The notes below the pieces were generated by a model. It was not told the DNA's origin. It ran no database searches and was given only the letters and a program-made list of their open reading frames with translations. The position numbers and the translations under genes were made by a program. Below, in pieces: positions 20,574 through 30,582 of a stretch of DNA of 64,000 bases (position 1 is the stretch's first letter; each line of letters starts with the position of its first letter). This DNA comes from an uncultured Acidobacteriota bacterium (GTDB taxonomy: Bacteria > Acidobacteriota > Thermoanaerobaculia > Gp7-AA8), in assembly GCA_963741955.1 (NCBI GenBank), contig CAVUKB010000009.1:1-64000 (forward strand), read 5' to 3'.

Positions 20574-20840
20574 TCCAGGAGGTCGGGAGACTCTACGTCT
20601 TCCGAAACGGTGAAGAGGTCCGTCCGGAGCACCGCCGGTATCGGGATTCCGGCCTCGTAGAGACGCAGATTGTACACCAGAAGGGACGAGCGGCGTCCGG
20701 GAGTGGGCGAGAGGCCCGCAGCGTCGCGAGTCGATCGTCCGGTCGGTGGCTGGCCGCCCTGAGCAGGTTTTCCGGCGAGGTCGGGTGCGGCACCGGCTCG
20801 CCGTTGACACTCTCGCAGCCCTGATAGATCATCAACGCAA

Positions 20841-22616
20841 ATGAGCCTCGTCGCCCCAGCGGCCGCGCTTCCTGCGCTGCTTGCGGTTCTTCCTCTCCTC
20901 GTGTCGAAGCGCAGGTCTCTTCTGAACCCGGCGTTTTACGTGTTCCTGATCGTCCTTTGGAGTGTCTCTCTCAAGTCGCTGTACATCGTGTTCTTTCGGC
21001 CGTATCCGTTGACGACCATCCACGACATGATCTACGTGGCATCGAGCTCGGTTGGATTCCTGCTCCCGGGAGTGATGGTCGCTACGTTGGCGATGGCCGC
21101 TTACTCGGGCGGATATCTCCTCGGCGGGAAGAACTCGTGGATCCCGAGGCCGCTTCTGTCGGGTAGAGCGCACCTTCCGAAAAGATCGTACGGCGTCATC
21201 GCGGTGCTTGGCGTCCTGTCGCTCGTCGCCTTCGTCGTGTATCTGAGGATCGCCGGGATCGATTTCTTCTCGCTACCCTTCTCCGCAAAGCGATTCAGAC
21301 CTCAGGACACCGGCGTGATCAGCCGTTTTCAGTACTTTCCGTATTACTTCTTCAAGATCGCGCTCAGCGTGGGATCGACCACTTACGTGGCGGCCCTGCT
21401 GCTCGTTCAGGCGAGCTCGCGGCTGGCGGAGAAGCGCCGCCGCGCTCTGGTCGTGACTCTGTTCCTTTTTACTCTTCTTCTGGCGCACTTTGCGAGTCTC
21501 CGTCTGTTCATACTCCTTCTGCTGTTTCAGATCTTCCTTCTGGTCTACTTCTATCATGGGCGACGCCAGCTCCTCTTCGTGGGGAGCCTGGGGCTCATGA
21601 CTGCGATCAGCTTCGTCATGATCACCTTCGTCAACCGCGCACCGGCACCGCTACCGATCGAACCCGCTCCGGTGCCCCGAATCGCGCAGATAGACCAAGC
21701 GGAGAATAAGACTGACACTTCCGTCCCTGAAGGCTCGGCGGGAGCTCCAGCGGTGGCTTCGAATCCCAGGCTCCATGGCGGATCGGCCGGCGTTGCGGGA
21801 GGCGAGCCTTCGGGCGCCCCGTCTGAAGGAGCGGCCGGAACCGCTGTCGGTAGTGGGGATGGGTCGCCGGAGAGACCCGCCTCGCCGAGTCCTCCGGAAC
21901 GAATGAAGCCTGTGGCACCGGCGCCGCTCCAAGGGAGAGGTGCCGGTGTGGCCGGCGGTTCGACGAACACCATTGCGTCTGGCCCTTCCGTCGCGACATC
22001 TTCGTCGACCCACGGCAGGACAGGGGCCGTCGGAACTCGCGAGGAGAGCCAGAAGAAAGTCAGGCGGACACTTGCGCAGAGAGTGCGGAATCTAGGTGAG
22101 GCCGCGTTCGGGGGAAGATACTTCATGGATGTCTCGAAGCTCGCGCACATCGTGGAGTTCTTTCCGTCGAAGCGAGCTTTCATGTGGGGAGAGACGTGGG
22201 TGCCGGTGACTCCTCCTCGAATGCGGACGGCGGATCCGGGAGACACAGAACCGCTCGGGATCAGCCGTTACCTGGCCAAAGAGGTGTTTGGAGAACGACG
22301 GAACAACGTACCTCCCGGGTTTGCGGGTGAGATGTACATCAACTTCGGCTGGAGCGGCGTTCTTGCGGGCTTTCTGCTCCTCGGCTGGACCCATCGCATC
22401 ATGTTCGATCAGCTTACCGTCGCGCGCGAGTGCGTCATCACAAGTGGCATCCTGATCGTGCTGATCGTGAATACGACGTTCGTCCTCCTGAACTCCGGAC
22501 TGATTTCCACGTTGGGAAGAACGTTCGTCGATCTGGCGATCCTGCTCCTCGTTTTTGTACCTTCGGCCTTACTGCAGCGCAGGATTCCGGTCGTTCACGC
22601 CGAGCAGCCGGAGTGA
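20841..22616 (+). CDS. Wzy-like polysaccharide polymerase with low-complexity loop insertion
   Basis: About 10-11 TM; PPGFAGEMYINFGWSG motif typical of Wzy-type proteins. Confidence 0.7.
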   Translation: MSLVAPAAALPALLAVLPLLVSKRRSLLNPAFYVFLIVLWSVSLKSLYIVFFRPYPLTTIHDMIYVASSSVGFLLPGVMVATLAMAAYSGGYLLGGKNSWIPRPLLSGRAHLPKRSYGVIAVLGVLSLVAFVVYLRIAGIDFFSLPFSAKRFRPQDTGVISRFQYFPYYFFKIALSVGSTTYVAALLLVQASSRLAEKRRRALVVTLFLFTLLLAHFASLRLFILLLLFQIFLLVYFYHGRRQLLFVGSLGLMTAISFVMITFVNRAPAPLPIEPAPVPRIAQIDQAENKTDTSVPEGSAGAPAVASNPRLHGGSAGVAGGEPSGAPSEGAAGTAVGSGDGSPERPASPSPPERMKPVAPAPLQGRGAGVAGGSTNTIASGPSVATSSSTHGRTGAVGTREESQKKVRRTLAQRVRNLGEAAFGGRYFMDVSKLAHIVEFFPSKRAFMWGETWVPVTPPRMRTADPGDTEPLGISRYLAKEVFGERRNNVPPGFAGEMYINFGWSGVLAGFLLLGWTHRIMFDQLTVARECVITSGILIVLIVNTTFVLLNSGLISTLGRTFVDLAILLLVFVPSALLQRRIPVVHAEQPE

Positions 22617-22651
22617 TCCGGCTATTCGCGTCGGATGGTCAACCCGAGTCG

Positions 22652-23878
22652 TCATTCGGCGAGACGTAGGGTGCGTCGGTAGACCATCAGCAGAATCAGG
22701 AACGTCAGAGTCTCGGATACCGCGACTCCGATCGCCATTCCGGCAATCCCTTTCGTGCGCATCATCAGCGAACCGAGGATCACCCCGATCGCGACCTCGA
22801 CCGCGCTGAGGGTGAGGAGAATCTGCTGTCGATCGATGCTCGCGAGAAGCGAGCGCAGGAAACGTACGGGGCCGGCGAATACGAGGGCAAGTCCCAGCAG
22901 ACGCAGGACGGACACTGTTTGAGGAGCGAGAGAGCCGAACGCCATCCGGTAACCGATAGGGGCGACGAGTGCGAGAGCGGCACCCGCGAGAAGCGAGCCG
23001 ACGACCGCGATGGCCAGCATTCGCACGACGGTATGGCGAAGAGCCGAGCGCTGGTGCTGATACATGTGCGCCATATGGCTGAATGCCGCCGTCGCGAAGA
23101 TCAATCCGAGCTGGGCAAGAAAGGAATAGGCCAGCTCGGCGATTCGGTAATTTGCGACTCCCGCGCTGCCGAGCACGAGCCCGATCAGAATCAGCGGATA
23201 GTTGGCGGCGACCCGATTCAGTGTCTCGCTCAGACCGAGGGGCCACGACTCCCGGTACACTCCGAGAATTTGGGACGCCCGGAAGTCCAACATCAGGCGC
23301 CCGTGGTTGGAGTGGAACCAACGCAACTCGAGAATGAACATGAGCCCCATGGACGATGCGAACAGGGCCGGAACGATCCAGGCCCGAGCGTCGCTGGTCA
23401 CCAGCAGCACGCAACCGAGGAGGTAGGCTCCAAAACCAAGCAGAGAATACCTGGCATACAGATCGACGCGGTTCCGTCCAAAAAGGGGGAAGTCGAAAGT
23501 TCCTCCGTTGAAAAAGATCCCCAGGACGTAGACGAGATAGATCACCGGCGGGAGACCCCGGTTCCACAGCACCGGCATCAGCGCGAGATAGGCGAGCATG
23601 GTGATGGACGTGCTGACGGTGCGGGCACCGAAGAAGAGGCCCGAAAGCTCGGTTGTGTGTTCCGGATCGCGCGCGATGTCTCGCCACCCGATCTGCCGGA
23701 CGCCGAACTCGCCGAAGCCGGCGAAGACCAGCATGTAACCGAAAGCGAGGGTGAGCGCGCCGAATGTCGAACGGGAGAGGCGCTCGAAGAGGATCGCGTT
23801 CACCACGAGAAACGACACCTGGCGGGCGAGGTTCGCCGTGAGAACCCACGAAAACGCCTTCACCAGGTGCTGCTTCAT
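22652..23878 (-). CDS. Wzx-type oligosaccharide flippase
   Basis: About 12 TM; FGEFGV...RDIARD; G.YRIA; start overlaps stop of upstream gene. Confidence 0.8.
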   Translation of the reverse strand: MKQHLVKAFSWVLTANLARQVSFLVVNAILFERLSRSTFGALTLAFGYMLVFAGFGEFGVRQIGWRDIARDPEHTTELSGLFFGARTVSTSITMLAYLALMPVLWNRGLPPVIYLVYVLGIFFNGGTFDFPLFGRNRVDLYARYSLLGFGAYLLGCVLLVTSDARAWIVPALFASSMGLMFILELRWFHSNHGRLMLDFRASQILGVYRESWPLGLSETLNRVAANYPLILIGLVLGSAGVANYRIAELAYSFLAQLGLIFATAAFSHMAHMYQHQRSALRHTVVRMLAIAVVGSLLAGAALALVAPIGYRMAFGSLAPQTVSVLRLLGLALVFAGPVRFLRSLLASIDRQQILLTLSAVEVAIGVILGSLMMRTKGIAGMAIGVAVSETLTFLILLMVYRRTLRLAE

Positions 23879-25314
23879 GCGTCTCTCGTGGCATTCGGCG
23901 CAGAAAGAGTGCCGTCGACCGTCAGTTCGGTGGCAGTTGATCGCTCCGGTGTGTCGGAATCGCCGAGCCTCGTCACGTTGACGGTGATCCCGACGAGCAG
24001 CCAGGCGAGAGAACCCGTCTGAGCTTGCGTCAAGAGGAGCTGAGTGAGGTTTCCCACTGCCGCGGCGACCAGTGCCGAGGCGAGACCGAGCAGGAGATGT
24101 CTTCGAAATGAATCGGGAGCTGCGCCCTTCAGCGATTTTCGGACGTCCCGACCGACTGCGAAGATGATCACGACTAGAACCAGCAGTGGCGGGAGTCCGG
24201 CTCGGACGCCGTAGTCGAGATACTGATTGTGGGCTCTGAAGATTCGTCTGATCCGCAAATCTCGGTTCGGAAAAGGATCGTGATCCCATTCAGGGAAGAA
24301 TCCCCGTCCGATGAGGGGATGAGACGCGATGATCTTCATCGCATCGACGGCGTACTGTACGCGACGGTTATCCGAGGCGGAAAGGCTGTGGGTGAACCGT
24401 TCCCGCATGATCCCGAATTGCGTCGCAGCAAGAACCGTCGCAAGCAGGATTATGGCCACCAGTGACCAGCGGTATCGCGCCATCTTCGAAGAGTTCCTGA
24501 ATCGACTGAAAAATGGAGGAATGACGACGATCGCGAGCATCACCATTCCCATACGCGACCAGTTCACGGCGTAAAAACTGAGAAGGATGAGAATCCCGCA
24601 CCAGATCGACAGCCTGACCGCCACTCTGGTTTCCGAACGGACGAGTGCAAGTGCAAGTGCAAGTGCGACCGCGACGACGAATGGATAGTAGTCCCTGACC
24701 TGGGGGATTGCTCGTGCGAGCCGATTGGCAGCTGCGAGGTCCCCGGAGAAGACGTCGTAGTGCAGGGCGAGCAGCATGATACCCGCGACGGAGAAGACCG
24801 TCGCTCCGAGCAGGAGAAAGCAGAGCGTACGTGCGCGACGGATCGATCCCACGAAGGCGGCTGCCGCGAAAAACCCCACGATCGGAACGACGGTCTGGAC
24901 GAAATAGACCAGGTTGAGGGGAGACGGATTGGATGAAAAGCCTGATAACAGAGCGATCGCGAAGCACGCCAGCAGAGCGGCGATCAGGCTGGATCTCGGT
25001 GGGACTGCGGGACGTTCCAACCGAATCAGGCGCAAGATAAGATAAAGAACGAAAAGGCCCGCCATCCCCACGGCCCAGTGAACTCGAAGTGGCTGGAGAT
25101 CCGCTCGGGCGGGGTTCGAAGGATCCCAAATGAGGTTCAGGTTCGTGATGTGATGGGTGGGATAGATGAACAGCGGAACTCCGATGGCCATCACGTAGAC
25201 CGCCACCAGCACCCGCCCGAACGGTCCGAGAGAGTACGGTGCCGGGCGAAAGGAACTTCGAAAGTCGGTCGCCGGGGCGGACGCCGCGCCGAGAGTCGAG
25301 CTGGAGCTCATCAT
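23875..25314 (-). CDS. O-antigen ligase family (WaaL/Wzy_C) membrane protein
   Basis: WSRMG; SDNRR; HPLIGRG; AHNQYLDYGVRAGL. Confidence 0.82.
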   Translation of the reverse strand: MMSSSSTLGAASAPATDFRSSFRPAPYSLGPFGRVLVAVYVMAIGVPLFIYPTHHITNLNLIWDPSNPARADLQPLRVHWAVGMAGLFVLYLILRLIRLERPAVPPRSSLIAALLACFAIALLSGFSSNPSPLNLVYFVQTVVPIVGFFAAAAFVGSIRRARTLCFLLLGATVFSVAGIMLLALHYDVFSGDLAAANRLARAIPQVRDYYPFVVAVALALALALVRSETRVAVRLSIWCGILILLSFYAVNWSRMGMVMLAIVVIPPFFSRFRNSSKMARYRWSLVAIILLATVLAATQFGIMRERFTHSLSASDNRRVQYAVDAMKIIASHPLIGRGFFPEWDHDPFPNRDLRIRRIFRAHNQYLDYGVRAGLPPLLVLVVIIFAVGRDVRKSLKGAAPDSFRRHLLLGLASALVAAAVGNLTQLLLTQAQTGSLAWLLVGITVNVTRLGDSDTPERSTATELTVDGTLSAPNATRDA

Positions 25315-25918
25315 CGTTCCGAAGATCCGTTCGAAGCGGCACCGGCTCGAGAGTGTCGGAACAAGAAGAACGGATACCGCGCCGACAAATACGCCGGCTG
25401 CACTCGAATCTCAGTCGCGTAGAGATGCATGGCAAGATTCCGCCGTCGGACGAGCGGGTGTTCGAATGAAGATCTCCCCCGCATCGCGATCGAACGTCAG
25501 GAGAGGATAGCACGACGGATCCGAGTCGCGAGATGGGACGAGGTGGAACGCGGCGCCGGCGGCTCCGATCCCCTCCGACACCATGGAGGTCGGTCGAGAT
25601 CCAGACCTCGTGTGCCGGACCGTTGCGAGCTTCCAGCGTCGATCCAGCGGGCCAGTGCGGGTGCGGACCTCGCTCCGGTCGCCGTTGCGACCGACGAGGC
25701 GTCCGATGTTAGAATCCGCTGGCGAGCGCCGAGGATTGTGGTGTGCTCCGCGAGCCGGTTCTTCGCAGCGGCCGCGTCACTCGATGTGTGCTGCCGCGGA
25801 ATCGGATGCTTGAACCTCGATCTCTTTTCGAGATCGCCGCACGACGCACGCGATGACCTCGATGTGACCGCACGAACGACTCGGCACCACCGGTGCCGGC
25901 GCCGGATGGAAGGTGGAG

Positions 25919-26953
25919 ATGGCCGTAGAGCTGAAAGAGAAAACTGTTCTGGTCACGGGTGGCACCGGCTCATTCGGCAGAAAGGTCGCGGCTCATCTAT
26001 TGGAGAGCGGCTGTCCCGAGATCAGAATTTTCAGCAGAGACGAGGCTAAGCAGGAGACGATGCGGCAGGAGTTCGCAAACGATCGCCTCCGCTTCTACAT
26101 CGGCGACGTCCGCTCGAGCGAGTCGGTAGGACGGGTCATGAGAGGAGTGGATCTGGTGTTTCACGCGGCGGCGTTGAAACAAGTACCGTCCTGTGAATTC
26201 TTTCCACTCGAAGCCGTCCAGACGAACATCATCGGCAGCGCGAACGTGGTCGACGCTGCGATCACCCAGGGGGCAGAAAGTGTCGTCTGTCTGAGCACCG
26301 ACAAAGCGGTCCGGCCGATCAATGCCATGGGGATGACCAAAGCATTGATGGAGAAAGTCGCTCAGGCCGCGACACGGGGCCTGCCAACGGGTGCGACGGT
26401 CGTGTCGAGCGTACGGTATGGGAACGTGATGTACTCTCGTGGATCGGTCATTCCATTGTTCATCGACCAGATCAAGCGCGGCGTTCCTCTCACCATCACC
26501 GAACCGCGGATGACCCGATTCATGCTCGACCTGGGGGACGCGATCGATCTCGTCCAATTCGCATTCGAGAATGCACGCCAGGGAGACGTGTTCGTAAAGA
26601 AGGCTCCTGCGTGCACCGTCGGCGACCTCGCGAAGACCCTGCTCGAGCTCTTCGAGGCGGACAACGAGTTCGCAGTGATCGGCATGCGGCACGGCGAGAA
26701 AATGTTCGAGACCCTTCTGACCGCAGAGGAACTGAGGCGGGCCGAAGACCTGGGCGACTTCTTTCGCGTTTCGCTCGACGCCCGAGACCTGAACTACGCG
26801 AAGTATTTCACCCAGGGAGATCCGGAGGAAGGACGGGTCGATGACTACCACTCCGACAACGCGCGGCAGCTCACGCACGACGAGCTGAGGCAGACCCTCC
26901 TCTCCTTGCCCGAAGTGCGTTCGGAGCTGAAGGCGCAGGGGCGCGGTCGGTGA
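25919..26953 (+). CDS. fnlA: UDP-GlcNAc 4,6-dehydratase/epimerase (CapE/FnlA/WbjB)
   Basis: TGGTGSFG; SRDEAKQ; AALKQVPSCEFFP; STDKAV; RYGNVMYSRGSVIP. Confidence 0.9.
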   Translation: MAVELKEKTVLVTGGTGSFGRKVAAHLLESGCPEIRIFSRDEAKQETMRQEFANDRLRFYIGDVRSSESVGRVMRGVDLVFHAAALKQVPSCEFFPLEAVQTNIIGSANVVDAAITQGAESVVCLSTDKAVRPINAMGMTKALMEKVAQAATRGLPTGATVVSSVRYGNVMYSRGSVIPLFIDQIKRGVPLTITEPRMTRFMLDLGDAIDLVQFAFENARQGDVFVKKAPACTVGDLAKTLLELFEADNEFAVIGMRHGEKMFETLLTAEELRRAEDLGDFFRVSLDARDLNYAKYFTQGDPEEGRVDDYHSDNARQLTHDELRQTLLSLPEVRSELKAQGRGR

Positions 26954-28074
26954 GCACCTCCGTCGGCATCACCGGCGCCTCGGGATTGCTCGGATGGCAT
27001 CTTCGAGTGCGCATGCGTACCTGCGGCCGATTCAACGTCATCGCCGCCGGGAGGGATGATTTCGCGGACCTCGGGCGGCTCCGGAGGTTCGTGTCGGAGT
27101 GTGGAACAGTGGTGCATCTCGCCGGGATGAATCGCGGCGACGAATCGGAGATCGAACGGGTCAACGTCGACCTGGCCCGCCGACTGGTCGAAGCGCTCGA
27201 CGAGACGGGTGCGCGACCTCAAGTGGTTTTCGCTTCATCCACGCACGTCGACCGAGATACCGCTTATGGACGTTCAAAGCGTGCCGCGGCAGCCCTATTC
27301 GAAAAGTGGGCGGGGAAGAGCGGTGGCACTTTCACGAATCTCGTCCTTCCCCACGTATTCGGGGAAGGCGGAAGACCATTTTACAACTCCGTGGTCTCCA
27401 CGTTCTGCTATCAACTGGCGAAGGGAGACGAACCGCGGATCGACCTCGACGGTGAACTGAATCTCATGCATGCTCAGGACGTCGCGCAGCTGTGCCTCGA
27501 CGCGATCGACGAACCCGGGATGGGTGAGCGAAGACCGGATGGCATTCCGATTCGCGTCTCCGAGTTGCTCGAGCTGCTGAAGACCCAGTCTTGTACGTAT
27601 TCAACGGGAGTGATCCCGGCGTTCCGGGATCCGCTCGAACTGAGACTCTTCAACACCTTCCGCTCTTATCTCTATCCGGACCGATTTCCGTGGCCAGTCA
27701 CGGTTCACAGTGACCGGAGGGGTTCTCTGTTTGAAGGTGTCAAGACCCTGCATGGTGGCCAGGCTTTCGTCTCGACGACGAAGCCGGGGATCACACGAGG
27801 CGAGCACTTTCACATGCAGAAGGTCGAGCGCTTTCTGGTGCTGAGCGGTACGGCGGTCATACGCCTTCGAAAACTTCTGGGGGTTGACGTTCTCGAGTTC
27901 CCCGTGACCGGCAACCAGCCCGCATTCGTGGACATCCCCACCATGTACGCACACAACGTGACCAATGTCGGCACCGACGATCTCGTCACCCTGTTCTGGT
28001 CGCACGAGATCTTCGATCCCGACGCACCGGACACCTATGCCGAAGCGGTGCGCCTCGAGGAATCCCATGAGTAG
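26950..28074 (+). CDS. fnlB: UDP-sugar epimerase/reductase with C-terminal cupin (CapF/FnlB/WbjC)
   Basis: GITGASGLLG; YGRSK; PFYNSVVSTFC; TKPGITRGEHFH. Confidence 0.9.
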   Translation: MSTSVGITGASGLLGWHLRVRMRTCGRFNVIAAGRDDFADLGRLRRFVSECGTVVHLAGMNRGDESEIERVNVDLARRLVEALDETGARPQVVFASSTHVDRDTAYGRSKRAAAALFEKWAGKSGGTFTNLVLPHVFGEGGRPFYNSVVSTFCYQLAKGDEPRIDLDGELNLMHAQDVAQLCLDAIDEPGMGERRPDGIPIRVSELLELLKTQSCTYSTGVIPAFRDPLELRLFNTFRSYLYPDRFPWPVTVHSDRRGSLFEGVKTLHGGQAFVSTTKPGITRGEHFHMQKVERFLVLSGTAVIRLRKLLGVDVLEFPVTGNQPAFVDIPTMYAHNVTNVGTDDLVTLFWSHEIFDPDAPDTYAEAVRLEESHE

Positions 28075-29203
28075 GATCAAAGTGGTTACGATTCTCGGGA
28101 CGCGGCCGGAGATCATCCGCCTCTCGCGCGTGATTGCGGCCTTGGACCGTTACACCGATCACGTCCTTGTACACACGGGCCAGAACTACGACTACGAATT
28201 GAACGAGATCTTCTTCGAGCAGTTGGCCATTCGCAAGCCGGACGTGTCGCTCCGGGTCGATACGTCATCTCTGGGATCGGTACTCGGCGGCGTCCTGATC
28301 GGAATCGAGCCGGTCCTCGACGAGCAGAAGCCCGACGCCGTCCTGATCCTTGGAGATACGAACAGCTCGATTGCCGGAGTGATGGCGAAACGGATGAAGA
28401 TACCTCTCTATCACATGGAGGCGGGAAACCGGAGTTTCGATCCGAACGTTCCAGAAGAGGTCAACCGGCGGCTGATCGACCGCATCAGTGACTTCAATCT
28501 CGTGTACACGGAACACAGCCGGAGACATCTGCTTTCCGAAGGGATACCACACAGACGTATCCATTTGACCGGATCACCGATGAAAGAGGTCCTCGAGTAT
28601 TATCGGGTCGGTATCGAGTCGTCCGACGTGCTTCGGTCGATCTCGCTGCGATCTGGCGAATACGTGCTCGCCAGTATGCACCGCGAGGAGAACGTCGATA
28701 GCCGTCAGGATCTCGAATTGCTTCTCCAGGCATTGGACAAAGTCCATGAGCAGTTCGGCATGCCGGTAATCGTGTCAATGCACCCGAGAACCCGGCGACG
28801 CCTGGACGAAGCCGGTCATCGGCTCGAGCACGAGGGGATTCGGTTCGCGAAGCCTTTCGGCTATCTCGACTACAACGCGCTTCAGAAGAATGCCTTTTGT
28901 GTTCTTTCCGACAGTGGAACCATCACGGAAGAATCGTCTCTTCTCGGCTTTCCTGCAATCACGATGAGGCGCTCGATGGAGAGACCGGAAGGCCTGGACA
29001 CCGGAAGTATCGTTTTGACGGGACTCGACCCTGACGTGATCGTGCAGTCGGTCGCTGCGGTCACTGACCAGTGGCGACGGGGAATGCGGCCGCCGGTTCC
29101 TGTTGATTATCAGATCGCCAACGTGTCACAGAGGGTGGTCAATCTGATTCTGGGAACCGCTCGCCTCAGTAACGCCTGGGACGGCGTGCGGAAGCACGAC
29201 TAG
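28067..29203 (+). CDS. fnlC: UDP-2-acetamido-2,6-dideoxy-L-talose 2-epimerase (CapG/FnlC/WbjD)
   Basis: GTRPEIIRLS; HTGQNYDYEL; HMEAGNR; HREEN; SDSGTITEES. Confidence 0.9.
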   Translation: MSRIKVVTILGTRPEIIRLSRVIAALDRYTDHVLVHTGQNYDYELNEIFFEQLAIRKPDVSLRVDTSSLGSVLGGVLIGIEPVLDEQKPDAVLILGDTNSSIAGVMAKRMKIPLYHMEAGNRSFDPNVPEEVNRRLIDRISDFNLVYTEHSRRHLLSEGIPHRRIHLTGSPMKEVLEYYRVGIESSDVLRSISLRSGEYVLASMHREENVDSRQDLELLLQALDKVHEQFGMPVIVSMHPRTRRRLDEAGHRLEHEGIRFAKPFGYLDYNALQKNAFCVLSDSGTITEESSLLGFPAITMRRSMERPEGLDTGSIVLTGLDPDVIVQSVAAVTDQWRRGMRPPVPVDYQIANVSQRVVNLILGTARLSNAWDGVRKHD

Positions 29204-29229
29204 GACTGAAGGGGTATGGACGCATCTCG

Positions 29230-30456
29230 ATGCGGATACTCGCAATCCACCGCTACTTCTGGCCCGACACGCCACCCTACGCGTCGATGCTGAGGGCGAT
29301 CGCGTCCCGGTGGGCTGCGGATGGCCATAGTGTGGAGGTGCTTTCCACTCAGCCGAGCTATAAGAAAGGAGTGCGGATCGACCGCCAGCCGGCGAATGAG
29401 CTGCTGGATGGGTTCGCCGTGCACCGTGTGGACCTCCCCCCGGAGCACGGCGGTGTTCTGACGCGGCTGGTGAACGCGATCCGTTTCGCATGGGCGATCG
29501 TAAGGCAGGCGAGCAGAAGCGGTCCTTACGACGTGATCATGGCTTCGACCGCGCCGCCGGTGATCGTAGCGGCTACGGCGCGGTTCGCCGCGGGTCTGAC
29601 TGGGGCGAGGATGATCTATCACTGCATGGACATTCATCCCGAAATCGGTCGGATCACCGGACAACTGCGAAATCCTCTCGTCTACGGAATCCTCTACGCG
29701 ATCGATGCCTGGACCTGCCGCGGAGCTTCCCGTGTCGTGGTCTTGTCGTCCGACATGAGCCGGGCTATTCAGCGGCGGGAGTCCGCCGACGTCAAAGCAG
29801 TCCAGATCATCAACAATTTCAGTCTGCCGGTGTATGGAGACGACGACGCATCGCTACCGGCTTCGCTGGCGAAGAGAGCTGGCATATTTCGAATCCTCTT
29901 CGCCGGAAACATCGGACGTTTTCAGGGTCTCGAAACGGTGATCGACGCGATGCGTGAGATTGACTCGTCGGTGCCTCTGGAGCTGTTGCTGATGGGCGAA
30001 GGATCCGCGATGGAGGATCTGAAGCTGCGGAGCGGACGGCTGCTCGGAGATCGAGTGCGGTTTGCAGAGCATCAACCGGTCGCCGTCGCGCGGAAAGCGA
30101 TCCGGACGGCGGACGTCTGTCTGGTGATTCTTCGGCCGCGGGTCTGCCGCTTTGCATTTCCGAGCAAGACGATGACCTATCTCGAGGAGGGGCGTCCTCT
30201 GCTCGTGTCGGTTGAACGAGAAAGCGAGCTGGCGAAGTTCGTCGAGCGTACGGGAGTCGGCACTGTCGTCGGTTCTGGGGATTCGGCCGAGCTGGTCTCG
30301 GCGATCACAGAGATGGTATCGAATCCGGATCGGCTCTCCCGAATGGCTCGACTCGCGAAGGGCGTGGCCGAACGTGAGTTCGACATGAATGCGGCCCTGG
30401 ACCAGTGGAGCGATCTTCTGAAGGACTTCGCTGAACAGCAGGACGCCGCTCACTGA
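29230..30456 (+). CDS. GT4 glycosyltransferase, WbuB-like (probable L-FucNAc transferase)
   Basis: RYFWPD; DIHPE; FAGNIGRFQGLE; FPSKT; follows fnlABC. Confidence 0.82.
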   Translation: MRILAIHRYFWPDTPPYASMLRAIASRWAADGHSVEVLSTQPSYKKGVRIDRQPANELLDGFAVHRVDLPPEHGGVLTRLVNAIRFAWAIVRQASRSGPYDVIMASTAPPVIVAATARFAAGLTGARMIYHCMDIHPEIGRITGQLRNPLVYGILYAIDAWTCRGASRVVVLSSDMSRAIQRRESADVKAVQIINNFSLPVYGDDDASLPASLAKRAGIFRILFAGNIGRFQGLETVIDAMREIDSSVPLELLLMGEGSAMEDLKLRSGRLLGDRVRFAEHQPVAVARKAIRTADVCLVILRPRVCRFAFPSKTMTYLEEGRPLLVSVERESELAKFVERTGVGTVVGSGDSAELVSAITEMVSNPDRLSRMARLAKGVAEREFDMNAALDQWSDLLKDFAEQQDAAH

Positions 30457-30528
30457 AGGCTCATGCCGGCGAGTACTCGGTTCCGGGAATGGTGGAGACT
30501 TTGCTACTCTTGCTCGGAACCGCAGGAG

Positions 30529-30568
30529 CGGTGACGTGCGACGGGCAAGTTCCCGTCACACGTCACCG
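30529..30568. terminator. Long stem-loop between convergent genes
   Basis: CGGTGACGTGcGACGGG-caagtt-CCCGTCaCACGTCACCG; no U-tract. Confidence 0.5.
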
Positions 30569-30582
30569 TCGGAAGGTCTGAC

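Noticed and set aside
24644-24666. (AGTGCA)n tract as a phase-variation switch in the ligase-like gene
   Set aside because: The hexamer is in-frame and simply encodes ALALAL in a TM helix.
25315-25912. ncRNA or JUMPstart/ops element in the 600-bp divergent gap
   Set aside because: No recognisable ops or riboswitch motif; only a possible TAGAAT -10 near 25710.
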